This document shows, one piece after another, positions 11,154 to 24,142 of a stretch of DNA of 64,000 nt. The stretch's first letter is position 1; each line of letters opens with the position of its first letter. This DNA is from Callorhinchus milii (taxonomy: Eukaryota). The stretch is from positions 33,420,001 to 33,484,000 of the forward strand of contig NW_024704743.1 in NCBI RefSeq assembly GCF_018977255.1. Reading direction: 5' to 3'. Position numbers and translations under genes: made by a program. The notes below the pieces were generated by a model that saw only the letters and a list, made by a program, of their open reading frames with translations, was not told where the DNA came from and did no database searches.

Positions 11154-13144
11154 ATAAAATTTAAAATGATAGAAATTTACAGAAGAATTTGCAGAAGAAA
11201 GTTATTCAGCCCCTGAAAATATTTCACTATTCTGTTAAATTTCAAGATGAAATAGTCTTACAGGCTAAGACCAGGCAACGTTGGCAGGCCTCTGATCCTT
11301 TTGTTTGTCAAAGTTTACTATGCTTGTGATAACCAGACATTTTATGTTTTTTTAATTACCTATAACATAGTTATTTAACCTACTAGATAGATTCAAGAAT
11401 CTTGTGGCATAGGTCTGACTGGCAGTGACTCAGTGCATCGCCTTGATCACTATCCTCCCGAGCAAAAGAAGGATCTAACGGTTTGTCGAAGATTCATAAA
11501 CAATGTGCCAGATCTTGTCAAAGATAGTGATGACCACCTAGAGGCACCCTAATCCATTCCGACTGTCAGTGGGCAAAATTGGTAGGATTAGATATATAGT
11601 CTCCTGGAGAGATTGTGGTATGCAGAGGTAGCACCATTATAGATGGCATCAATTGGATGTTGTACTTATATGGTAAACCTCAAAAAAATTGTATCAGTTG
11701 GGACCATACATTTAATATGACTTATGCAAATTAGGAGTTATGTCAAACTTGCATTGTATATAAATGCAAGTCTTCCCAAGTCCCATATAAATGGGACTTG
11801 GGAAGACGTATGACTTTAGCGATTATACGATTTATACAGATCAGACTCATGCGAGCATTACTGTATTTGACAGCCTTGTTCAACTAGAAATACATAGTCA
11901 CTACACTTCACAGTAACAATTCTGTGAAGTACTTTGAGACGTCTCAATGATATGATAAGGCACCGTATCAAATGCAAGAATTATTATTGTTATTAATCAG
12001 CAAGAGAGAAAAGGAGAAGATTAGGTGGAATTTTCTCGCACAGAGCGTTGTTAGGATATGGGATGTCCTGCTGGATGTGGTGGTGAAGGCAGAATCCACA
12101 AAGGCCTCAATCATGATGAAGGCCGTTTTCTGAGCAAATTATACTTATTGCACTTTATGTTGTCTTCTATCAAAAACAGAAATTCCAAGAGATGTTCCCT
12201 CCTCTTCACCAGGTACAATTTAATATGCAGGAGATTAGTACTGAAGTTGTTACAGCAAGTGAATGGAGTTTAAACAGATCACAAGCCTAAAAGTAGTGAA
12301 AGGGTTAAGACAATTGGAAAAGACGAAGTACCAGATCGCGACATTTAATGAAGTCAATAACGCTAACCAACATTAATAATCGTACATTAAATGCTTTTGA
12401 GTTTGGAGGTACATCCCTTTTTATATGGTGCCCTTCTCACCATACAGTCTGCCATTCAGCACATCATAACTGTGCTTGCTAGGGATGTCAATCTCAAGCT
12501 ACAAGTATAAGACCTACATTACATATTTCTGTTGCTGTTTTTTCTCTGTGGATAGAGCTAAGCGGTACATTTAGGGCTGGGGGAGTGGATGGGCCCAGCA
12601 GTCTTTTGACCATGTCACCACAGTTCACTTTCGTGTTTTTAAACCTTCTTCGTGCTCCACACGATATCCCGACAGAAGGCACAGGCAGGCATGTGGCTTT
12701 CACCTACCATCTGCACCAATGGGATCACCAACAACAACAATTCACATTTATACAGTTAGTACCTTTCACGTTGCGAGGGTGTTTCAAAAGACTTCACACA
12801 ATTGACTGAGACTCAGTCACCAGGTTGGAGCTAGAGCAGCTGATATAAACTGTCCTGCCATTTCCCTCCTTCCCTCCTTTCCTCCTTCGCTCCGTCTGGC
12901 CAAGCGTGGTTCCTGTTCTTACTGTCGTTCCCAGATGGTCCAGCTGAGCTGAGAATTCAGCATGTAGGGGTTTCAGGAATGCTGCCACACTTTGCCCCAG
13001 TGTGGAGGAACTCAGTGACGCACTCCACCAGCACCCTGCCACGTCAATTGTCAAAACAGGTTACCGAGTCCTTTCTGGAGAATGCTTTAGTATTACTGTA
13101 ATTGAAAGAGGACTAGCACATTTGCAAACTCGGATTTTACATTT

Positions 13145-13375
13145 AATAATAATGATACAGCGCCTTATCACATCTTCGAGGTGAATCAAAGCACTTCACG
13201 GAATATACTGTAAAGTGAATCTACAGTATATTTTGTGTGCAAAATGCGGCAGCCAATTGCGCACAGCTGTGTCCCACAAACAGTCGTGGATTGAGTGACT
13301 AAATTATTATTGATATTCATTTTGAAGGAATTATTACCCAGGAAAAACGATCTGCCAATCGATTAACAATCAACA
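13145..13375 (-). mobile_element. SINE2-1_CM-like SINE 3' portion
   Basis: Matches the other copies (CCAATTGCGCACAGCTGTGTCCCACAAACAGTCGTGGATTGAG). Confidence 0.8.
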
Positions 13376-13790
13376 ACAACAAAATGACATTTGTATAGGG
13401 CCTTTCACGTCGGGAGGACGTCCCAAGGCGCTGGAACAGACAGAGTTATGGACCCGAGCTGCAGGTCGGGGTGGGGGAGGAAAGAGAGCAGGGGGGGAAG
13501 CAGGGAGATCGAAAACACGGTCAAAGAGGAGGATCATGAGGTGGGTCTTGAAGGTGGCGAGGGAGGGGGCGAGACCGAGGGACTGCGAGACGGAGTTTCA
13601 GAGAATGAGGGCAGCGTAGCAGAAGGCCCGCCCGCCAATAGTAAGGCAAGCAAGGCGGAGGGAGCGAACAGGATGGTAGGGGGTTAGGGGGTCGGAAACG
13701 TAAGGGGGAGCAAGACCTTAGAGGCATTTGAAAGCAAGAGGCAGATTTTAAAGGTGATCCTCTGTGGTATAGGGACTAGTGAAGCGCATT
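13376..13790 (-). mobile_element. L2 LINE 3' fragment
   Basis: Tail CCTTTCACGTCGGGAGGACGTCCCAAGGCGCTGG plus ORF2-end similarity. Confidence 0.75.
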
Positions 13791-15009
13791 GGAACGTCCT
13801 CCGGACATGAAAGACGTTCTATAAATGGAATTTTGTTGTTGTTGTTGTAGTAGTGAAGTCAAGAGCACACAGGGACGATGGGATCATGGAAGTTATGCAC
13901 TAAGGAATTGTGAAAGATCTGGAACTTGTGTAAGTGGAGCTGGGGAGACCAGCAAGCAGGATATTGGAAAAATCTAGTATGTAGATGACACAGGATGTGG
14001 TTAGACCCCAATATGCTAGCCACACCTAACTCTGTGAAGTATCCAAAGAGTACAGTCACATTTCAAACGGTTCATTCTCTTTTTCACGCTGTAAGCTGCA
14101 CACTCTTACTTTGCACAGGCGACCGGGTGCATCGCAAAGTGTCTGAGAAAGAATAGATTGAGGTTGTGAAGATAAATAGACTGATATGACCATGCAGTGT
14201 TTCGCTAGTCACACATTTGAATCTGGGACTTTTCTCATACTTTGCTCATTCATCTTTTCTCAAGATTATTTCAGCAATTCCTGTGGCATTGTTAACCAAG
14301 ATGATAATAATAATCCTTGTATTTGGTAGAGCGCTTTTTACATTAGGAGGACGTCTCAAAGGATATACTGTAAAGTGGATCTGTAATCCCAGCTGATTTT
14401 ACTCTTCCAAACCTTTTAAATTCACTCAGTCCACCATAGCTCTCAACCCACATTGCAAATTGGGGAAGAAAACCACAGAATGCCACATATTCCTCAGTAA
14501 ACAAGCAGTTAATGGGCTTAGAAAGCAGTCATAAAACCTCTTTGCTAAACCATTTTTGGACACATTTCTCTGTGTATGCTTGAAATTTCAGTATTGTTAA
14601 GTTCAGTGATCGTCTTCGGTCTTGGAATGAACAGTTTAAAATCTACAAGAGTTTCTATGTTAGAGTCGACATACAGTGCATGGTAGGTTGCAGTGATATA
14701 CAGCATGTTGATATTTCACTCGCTTACTACTTCAAGTCCAGGCCAATAACTGAAGGTTCCTCTCTCTGATGGAGCTAATTAAAATGGATTAGAGCAATCT
14801 CATTTCTGATCTCTTGATCTGAAATGACACAAATCCACTAATTGGGCCTAATTCGACTGGTGTTTGAAAAGTTAGCAACTATGTTGAGATCGCTTTGCTG
14901 AACCTCAAGTTTAAATTGTCCAGGTAATTTCCCTCGACCAAGCAGCAGATTTTCTTATTTCTTTGTATTAAAAAATTGGTGTTATTTATCATTATTTAAA
15001 TTATTTTTA

Positions 15010-15335
15010 ATTTTCTCCCCCACTAACCGATGCCTCTCCTGGTCCGTCCCCTTCTTGCTGCGTTTTGGTTCCATGGGTTTTGGCTATCCATGTGTGAGCA
15101 TTGGCAGCGAGTGGTGGTAGGTCACTTGACTGTAGAGGGCATCACATCAGACCCTAACCTCTCTCCACCCGGCTGCCACACATGCAGTAGAGGGTGCTAT
15201 GGAGGCACCAGGAGCAGCAGCCCTAGCTCACCTCCCTAACCCTGCAAAGGCTGGGGCTTACACCAGCAAACTCAGCACGGACCAGCATTTAAACCAGGGA
15301 GCACCTGGTCCATAAATTCTACCCACTACACCATC
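15010..15335 (-). mobile_element. Ancient tRNA-headed SINE (UCON3-like family)
   Basis: Minus strand has GGTTTAAATGCTGGTCCGTGCTGAGTTTGCTG and ends GGGGAGAAAA; similar to the plus copy at 39580-39915. Family name from memory. Confidence 0.45.
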
Positions 15336-16442
15336 AAATTTTCACTACTCTTGTAGGGTTAACCATAGACAAAACAACAATCTACCAGCACCAATGTTAG
15401 TTTACAGGGCACTCACACACGTAAAGACATGCAGCAAAGTTATGTTTGTTTGGTTAGATTTCATTAGCCTCAAGTTCCCCCATTTCATTCTCATCTGCAC
15501 ATCTACCAGCAGCAGTACAAAAGGTGTCATCCTGACCCATTTGGTTGCACTCTTATCTCTGAGTCAAGCCCCACATCAGTACTTTGAAGTACTGTCACCA
15601 CAATACATAGTTGGGGAACATTGCACTGTTGGAGACACTGACCTTCAGGTGAGCTGTTAAACTGAAGACCCATTTGCCTATTTGAAAAAAGACTGGAGAT
15701 TCTACCAGTGTCCTGTTCAACAAATCCCAGATAAAATCAGTCATTCACTTCGTTGGGCATTGCAGTTTGCAAATCAGTTGCTGCATTTGCCTACAAAATA
15801 CACAGTCACTACGCTTTACAGTATATCTTGTGAAGCGCTTTGGGCTTCCCCCTGATGTGAAAGGTATTATACCAAATGTAAGGATTATTAATATTATTAT
15901 TATTTCAACGACATGATAAATCACTATATGAAGTATGCAAGCATTATTATATTATGTCTAATCTTACGACCTTTGTTCACCAGTTTCTCTTCCTGGCATG
16001 AGCTTCCACAGTGCCAACAGCTCAGAGTGCAAGATTTGAGAGGAACCTCTGTCAAAGTGATAGGGAGAGGCAAAAATTTTCCCACGATCACCAGTGGCAC
16101 TTATTACATCGAACAAAAAGTATTGTCAAAAGCAATCAATAGTTATCACTGGCCTTAGGAATGAATTGCTTCCCAGCCTCCCCTCCCCCAATCCAATCCA
16201 GGCCAGTGCTAAACATTAACTTTTTATGCACTCCGAGATGCTATCCTGTGTGAAGGGCACTATACAAATGCAAGTTGTTTTTATGCCTGTGGATTTAGCC
16301 AATGTAATAATAACACCAGTAGTAAGATCACATGCTGCAATTTTCACCCCGTAGAATTATGAATGGGTAGAAGTGATCAAGGATGATATTCTAAAATACA
16401 AATATAAAGTTTAAATGATTTGCAGATGTGATTCAATTCCCT

Positions 16443-16760
16443 AACAACAACAACAACAAGATTACATTTGTATAGCGCCTTTCACGTCGGGAGGACACCC
16501 CAAGGCGCTAGACAGAGTATAGCATTTCAGACCCGAGCTGGGGTTGGGGGATAAGGGAGGGGAGGGGAATGGGCGAGGCCGATGTCATGGTCGAAGAGGA
16601 GGGTCTTGAGGAGGAACTTGAAAGAGGCTAAGGAGGGGGTGAGGTGGAGTGATTGGGGGATGGAATTCCAGAGGTTGGGGGCAGAGTGGCTGAAGGCTCT
16701 CTTGCCAATGGTGGGGCGGGTGGTCGGGCGACATGGAGCAGGCCAGAGCCGGCTAAGCGT
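16443..16760 (-). mobile_element. L2 LINE 3' fragment
   Basis: (CAA)n tail; closely similar to 45640-45930. Confidence 0.85.
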
Positions 16761-18019
16761 AAATTATAGATCAAATTTCCATATGTGCCATCCATAATTT
16801 TGTACGATGGACACAAAATGCTCCTTGTGTACAGAGGAAATACATACTACTCTTAACAGTTTTTACTCGTGAAATGGTTTGAGGTGTTTCAACATGATAA
16901 AGCACTGTAAAAAGTTTTCTGCAAGTTCTTCATATGATGTCAGGAAGAAACAGTTGATTAGAGTTAAAAAGCGAAATGAAATGACACTGAATGAAGACTG
17001 AAAGGCTATTGTGATATCTTTTTAGAATATCCCTGGACAATATCACATGATTAATAAGAAGTTACAATCAGGGCTTATTCTGGGGCTCTAAAGCAAATTT
17101 ACAAGGAAGTTAAAAGCCAAGGAAATACATTAGGTTGCATATTTTCCATTTGCTCTTTGCTTGCTTAAAGGACCCTGCAAATAATAGTGTAAATCGTTAT
17201 AAATTACAATGATCACTTTTTTTTTACGACTGTGAATACCAGGTGAGGAGCAGCGAAAACAGCAGTAATAGCAACGAATTAACAGGTTTGTGATGATAGC
17301 ATATGCTTTTATGATAATACAATCTGTCTAAACCCACAGCAGAGAGCCTTCATTGCTTCCTGTCTACTTAGCGATCCATTGTATGAGGAGTTAAAAGCCC
17401 AGGATTAGGAACTGCCATTCTTGGCACACAAAGTCAGAAACGTATGTCCACACAAAGCCACTGTGTCCAGCCATGAATCACAAGTTGCAAGACAGTACAC
17501 CGCAGCTGTGTGAATGCCCAGCATTGAGAGGCAGCAGCTGCGACCAAGCCTTGTGGTTTTCAATGCGAGAATGCTCCGAGCCAGATGCAGCTCACGCTCT
17601 GGTCCAGGCAACCTTCCAGTTCTCCAAACACTGCAGTAAATGCAAACATGTCTTATCTCTGTTCACCCAGCTCATTTCCTACCATGCGTGTTGTCAGGTG
17701 AGGAACTTCTGTTTACTGTGCTGGTGCCAGTCATGTTTGTTAAGTCTAATAAAGGTTGCTTGCCAATTCTGCAACAGACACTCAGGCATTTTTCTGTTAT
17801 TGCGGTTGGTTTGTTTGTTTCACTGCTTTGGTCTGTAGATCATGCACACTATTTATAGCTTTGAAAATAATACCATATTCTGCATTTCCAATACTTCACA
17901 CAAAATGAAACAAAGACTCGTAGAAAACATATGTGCTACGATTGTTCTCTCTTTATTGAAACAATTTGAAACATAACATTTCAAATGGGAATGATAAAGT
18001 AAACCCAGAACAGTAGGTT

Positions 18020-18285
18020 CGGAAACCCCTAGACAGTAGAACAAGAGGACACAGGTTTAGAGTTGCAAAGGGCAATTTCAGGACAGATACCAAGAAGTTT
18101 TCTTTACCCAGATGGTAATTAATGACTGGAATTGGTTGCCAGTAAGGGTGGCAGGAAAGGCCAGGAAACTGGATTCATTTTTAAAAACAATATTTATGCT
18201 GTGATGGAAAGATGGTAGGGTAGAAGGGTAAAATCAAACAGGTTGAAGGGTCTTCTTCATCCAAACCGATCCTGTGATCTTGTGA
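18020..18285 (+). mobile_element. CR1 LINE 3' end
   Basis: ACAAGAGGACACAGGTTTAGA...TTTACCCAGATGGTAATTAATGACTGGAATTGGTTGCCA (RGH...FTQMVINDWNWLP), then the 3' UTR. Confidence 0.7.
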
Positions 18286-18599
18286 AAATAAAATATTTGT
18301 GTGTATTTTTACCTATTCTCCTGAAGGACTATTTCTTCAATGGGCCCCAATTTCCTCCACAACCTCACACAAATCAGCACTGTGAGCTTGGGACTGAGAG
18401 TGTCAGCAGGCTACGTGACTGAGGGGAGCCCAGCCCAAGCCTGTGAAGGAAATTCTACAGCAACTAAATATTTAAAGCTACACAATGTTCTCAAACTCAA
18501 GAACCTTCTAAAGATGACGGGATCCAGTGTTGCCTCTTAATAATTCCAGTGCTGCTTTAAACTATGGAGACCAGTTATAGAATTTATAAATACACAAGC

Positions 18600-18870
18600 C
18601 TAGGGCTGATTTTAGAATTGTATTTGGCTGGAGGAGACCATAACTGGAGAACTGGAGTGCAATTTGGTCCCTGTTTGGAGAAAGGACGGATACTCAATTG
18701 TTGGAAGAAGCACATCATTTGGCATTGGGCTACTAAATTAATTCCAGAATTTAGACGTCAGAGCTTTGAGAAAAGATTGGCTGCTCCAGGACTTTTCTCT
18801 TGTATAAAGAGAACGAAAGGAGAATTTGGTAGCAATATTCAAGAGTTTGGAACATCTGAATTCAGGTAAG
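18600..18870 (+). mobile_element. CR1 ORF2 fragment, degenerate
   Basis: RP.LE..VQFGP...ATKLIPEFRRQSFEKRL..GLFS motif in ORF 18564-18869 and adjacent frames. Confidence 0.65.
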
Positions 18871-19476
18871 TCTTCCTGGACTGCACAACAATTCATAACA
18901 GTTCTAGCTGTGAAAATATGCCATATTTTGTGTTTTCAATGCCTCATACAAAGTGAAAATAAACTCTCAGAAACATCTATATTGCAATTGTTCTCTTTTT
19001 TAAAAATATAATTAAAAATAAGATATTCTTGCATTTTTTTCCCCCTATTCTCCTGAAGGTTCAAATTGATAGCTTTATTAAAGTGCAAAAGTAGCAACTG
19101 TCTTCTCTAACAATCTCAGATACGGTTACTGAATATAAGCATTGTCTCTTTGTATGAAAAACAAACAAGGTAATGTACCCAGTGTAAGTGAACTGTACAG
19201 GTTGGCTTCAATTGTGCAGGTGACTCAGCTGAAGAGTCAGTTTTACAAGACACCCAGTCATCAAGACCCACAGCAAGGAGTTCAGTTTCCTTTCTCACAG
19301 GTTGTCAGGTTAACTTCTGCTGGCACCTTGTTACCGCAATCATTTTTTCGAAGAAAGGATTTTTGTCGGTATCGAGGTGTGTCATGCCACTCAGGTGTCG
19401 CTCTCCTCTGGTACCATTCTATTATCCAACAAGACTCTCAGCATCACATGCACACATTATACTATCCCCTGCATTT

Positions 19477-19794
19477 ATAATAATAATAATAATAATCCTT
19501 GCATTTGATATAGTGCTTTTCACGTCTTCTAGACGTCCCAAAGCGCTTCACAGAATATACTGTAAAGTGAATTGACTGTATATTTGTGGGCGAACGCGGC
19601 AGCCAATTGTACACAGCAATGTCCCACAAACAGTCATGGATTGAAAATGACCAATTTATTATTGTTTTTGTTTTTTGGAGGGATTATTATTAGGCGTGTG
19701 GAGTAAGGAAACTTGCCCAAGGTTTCGCCCTGCCTGGAATTGAACTCAGGTCTTTCACTTGCAAAGTGAGAGCTCTAACCACTGAGCTGCAGGA
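19477..19794 (-). mobile_element. SINE2-1_CM-like SINE, short form, near full length
   Basis: (AAT)n tail through to the tRNA-like head. Confidence 0.85.
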
Positions 19795-21249
19795 TTTCTG
19801 TGACTCCACGAAAAGCTGGGCAACGGCTGGGTCTGACCGCATTTCTAAAAGTGAGTACAGTGACTACGCACCATCAATAGAGCTGCTAAGCAAAATATGG
19901 ATCTGTCTGGGTTTTACAGACAACTTGTCCAGATTTTGAGTAGATGTTCCCTGATGGGGTAATATTCTCCTCGGGGTGCCCAGCTTTACTAATCAGGTGA
20001 ACCAGCCCTCTCCAGTCTGTACAGAGTACATACATACTTCAATAGCTATCACAGTCTTTAATAGGCTTTTTATCAACCTACTCACTTTTGATCTTTACTA
20101 TAGCCTTCTGTGTCTCATTGGCTCAACTCTAAAAAGATCAATTATCCTCGAGGCCGCCATGACCTCCAGCAGCTGCATGACACACTCTGCTTCCCAACCC
20201 GGAGCCTTGGTGCCTGCCTCACACACACAAGTCTTTGCTCCCATTAGTGATTCATGTGGCGCTTCAAAGGCCTGAACTTGTGCTTGCTTTTTTTGGATGC
20301 GTTATTTTTGCCCATAAGAAATGTCAGTCCCATTGATGGAAACATGTGACAGCATTACTCCCAGCTGACATGGCACAGGAATATACTAAGGCATTACGTG
20401 CTTCTTTCCATTTTGTCTCTCAACAGAGCCTTTAGATAAATCAGATGCTTGTTATCAATTTTTAATCTGCAAAGCTCTCCAAGTGTTACTGGACTGCAGT
20501 CATAGATCGGTGTCATGCCATAGGAGAATATAAGGTTTCCATTTATTGCTGATTTCACAATGCAATTCAAGACACGTTGCTTTATTCTCTAGGAATCCCC
20601 GTTCAGGTTTGTAGAACATCAGCTTTGTAACAAGGATAAAGTTACAATGAAGTGGGTCCATCCGGAAAGTTAACCCATCTTTCATTTCAGTCTCTGACTG
20701 ACTTACTTTCAATTTCCAGTGGTTTTCTGGATTTTAGTTCAGATTTTCAAGGTTCACTTTCTTCTCTGCTTCTTCTCTGAGAGACCTCAGTGGTTTCAAA
20801 AACTTCTGAAGTGTTAAACTTGTCCATCATCATTTATATCATTTTGACATCTTCTGCATCAGCCCATGCTTTATAACTTGAGAAGCAATTCAGAAGCCTG
20901 GGATAAAGTAATTCCTCCTTTCACTGGCTTTGTACCCTTGATCATATGATTGACATGCTGGTTAATCTCAGGATCTAATGATACTTTATAAAGTTTCACA
21001 TACAGATTACATATTCTAGCCACTTTACAGTATATCTTGTGAAGCACTTTGAGACGCCTCGACAATGTGATAAGGCGCTTTCTCAAATGCAAGGGTTATT
21101 ATTTATTATTAATAAACCTCCAGGAAGTCTCTACAATTTCTTGGACTCTAGCTAGATATGTATCAGTGTATTGTATACAGTAATTCAGTCGAGGGGTGCA
21201 GATGAAATTGGCTGGATTATGTTCCATGAGCTGAACTCTGAATTTGAAT

Positions 21250-22140
21250 TGGATCACTGTGTGGCTGGTACAATGTCCTCCTGACATAAAAGGCTCCATC
21301 CTCTCTTCCAGTACTGATCTCCTCAACCTTCCCAGCCTCTCTTTCAAGATCACTGAACCAGTGTGCAACCTTAGCATGTGGTTGGATCCTCAGCTCTCCG
21401 TTCTTCCTCACTTTCAGTCCCTGACCAAGACCGCTTTTCTTCACCTTCACTACATTGCCTGCCTCTATCCTTATCTCTCACAAAACATTGCTGAAACCTT
21501 CATTCACACCGTTGTTGTCTCCTGACTCAACATTTCTAATGTCCTCTTCACTAGTTCCACCATCCATAAGCTCCAACTCATTCAAAACCCCATCGCCCAA
21601 ATACTCACCCACACCAAACTTTGCATGCCCCTCACCCCAGTCTTCACTAAGCTCTATTGGCTTCCTGGGACACAGCGGATTGATTTCAAGGTCTTCACCC
21701 ATACTTATAAATCCCTCCTTGACCTAATACTTCTCTATCTCTGTGACCTTCTCCTTCCCCAATATTATGCTCCCTCTGCTTAGCTAACTTGGGCCTACTG
21801 TGTGTCCCCTGCCCCTAAACCGCACCATAAGTAGCTGAGCTTTCAAAAATCTGTGTGTCCACCCTTCAGAATTCCCTCCCTGTATCCCTCCATTTCATCT
21901 CTCTAAATCCCAACTAAGAACATACCTCTTTTGGTCGCCTCTTTTGGCCTCCCCTTCCTCCTCCCTTTGCTCAGCATGTCTGTGAAGCACTACAAGACTT
22001 TACCCTCTACATGAAGGGTGCTATATAAATACCTCCTGATCTCAACCACCAGCTCAGGCATGGAGCCCTGACTGTCCAGTGCCTTGGGACGTCCTCCTGA
22101 CATGAAAGGCCTATACAAATGTAATTTGATGTTGTTGTTG
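21250..22140 (+). mobile_element. L2 LINE ORF2 C-terminus to 3' tail
   Basis: VCNLSMWLDPQLSVLPHFQSLTKTAFLHL...AETFIH; ends in a (GTT)n tail at 22130-22140. Confidence 0.85.
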
Positions 22141-24142
22141 CTTGCCCTGTCACTTATTGGAAGCCAATAAGTTTTATTGAGTACAGAGAAGACACTGAAT
22201 CTATAGTATAAAATATGTCTCCACATTTGAGAAACTGTTGAGCAAACAATTTGGGCATTATTTTGCTGCTTTTGTATTCCTGGTGCATGATTTAGCATCT
22301 CGCTGGGTATGATCTGTTCCCAGTAGTAATAATAATAATAGTAACAATCCTTGCATTTGATAGAGTAAAGAGGATGTTAGAAGGTAAATCACAGTGTTTT
22401 GTTTTGAAACCAGGGACAGGTGTACAACAAATTGCATTTATATAGCGCATTTCACCCAGGTGGCATCTTGGAGCACTATAATAACGCTGTCACACTCAGT
22501 CCCGCATACAATGATTAAATAGAGAATATGGCAGTGAAGCCATTCCTCACAAACCTTACCACCGACTCCACACTCAGGGCATCCTAGCAGATGAATATTA
22601 TTTTACAGAGATTACGGGAGACAAAATAAATACTTTTTAAAAAATCTAAACTCTAAGAGAAGAAACTTTCCTTGAAGTTGATAGATGGTATGCCTCCTGA
22701 GGCACTTCAACGTGATTAACGCAATAAAAATGCAAGCTATTTCTTTCTATAGCAGATTCATGCGAAGTTTCTTTTGCTCTTTATTATCAGTGACTAACAG
22801 ATTAAGCAGATGGCTTATTGCTTGCAGTGAAACTCATGAACTGAACCTAGCATAGTGCTAGCCCATTTGGGGACCAGCGATGACAGGGAGAGTCCCTGTT
22901 CTTTCCCAGAGAGCATCCATAGGAAACAGCAGGAGGGGGGAAGGTGAAACAATGCTTCAAAGCAGCTTGAGAAACAATCAATGCACAGTAATGGTGAATT
23001 ACACAGTGGAGTCAGACTGCAGAGTACACAGTCATTTTCTACTTTCCTGCAATCTTGGAGCAGCTCTCAATTCATTTTGAAGTCACGGGCTCCGCTGTTT
23101 CCCATCGAGTCAATCCAACAAACGTGGAGACACTCTCCCTTCAATGTCGTCACCAGAGCGAGCAGCCTCACCATAAACGAGGCTTGACTTGAGGGCCTCA
23201 ATGGCAGTGATAAAGAAAATTCTAACAAAAAAATACTCTAGTGAGTTTCACTTTTCTATGTGAAATAGGGAGTACCCTGCAAAAAAGCATTACACTATTC
23301 CCCTGGACTAATGTTTTTAACAATTTTTTTTCTCTGAGTTTATTATTATAGTGTGGCCGTAAAAATATAATACAAGAACTATTGAAGACTTACACACTTT
23401 TGTTGATTTTCAGACTCAGAGGACGAGTGAACCCAAGGCAGCCAACAGGAATACCGGGTATGAAGAGGCTGCATTTCCAACAAAAGTATTCTTTGAATCG
23501 TGGCTTAAACAAGTACCCAAGAGGCATGAGTGAATGTGGCTTCATTTATCTCTTTTCCTCCCTTCATACCTTCTCCTAGACAGTGTTGAGACTTGCGGCT
23601 CTATCCCTTACGTACATAGGTTCAACTATTGAGTTTACAGTCACCTGTTGAACTGGATTATTTGAGGACATGGAAAGGCTCTGGCTTCACTGTCTGATTG
23701 GCATCCATCCCAAATACTCCAGCACTTCCGTACTTTCAGCAACCATTCAGATATAAATACCCAAATGGCAATTGTCCAGCTCGGACTGTCAGACCATTAG
23801 GGTTTGGGCTCACAGGCTTAATGACATGCCTACATTGATGTGCCAGACAGGCTGGCTAACCATTAATAATGCCTTGAATTATTGTGCACCTGTCTGCATT
23901 TGCCAGGAGTGTCTCTACAGAGTCAGTCCATCCTTCAGAAGTCTCCACTTCCTTTTCATTTGAAATTATAACATGTGGAAACCCATCACCATGCTTAAGA
24001 GTTTCTGAACAAAACTGAATTTTCCAGGCATCCCACCTACACATAGAAATCACAGAGATAGATTGTTGGAATGGAATCTGCAATAATAACTAGGAGGGAA
24101 TTATCCTTTAAATAATAAAAGTGAATTAAAATTTGTGAAATA

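Noticed and set aside
20707..20805. Minus-strand coding exon ending at a gtaagt donor
   Set aside because: All three frames contain stops; at most non-coding.
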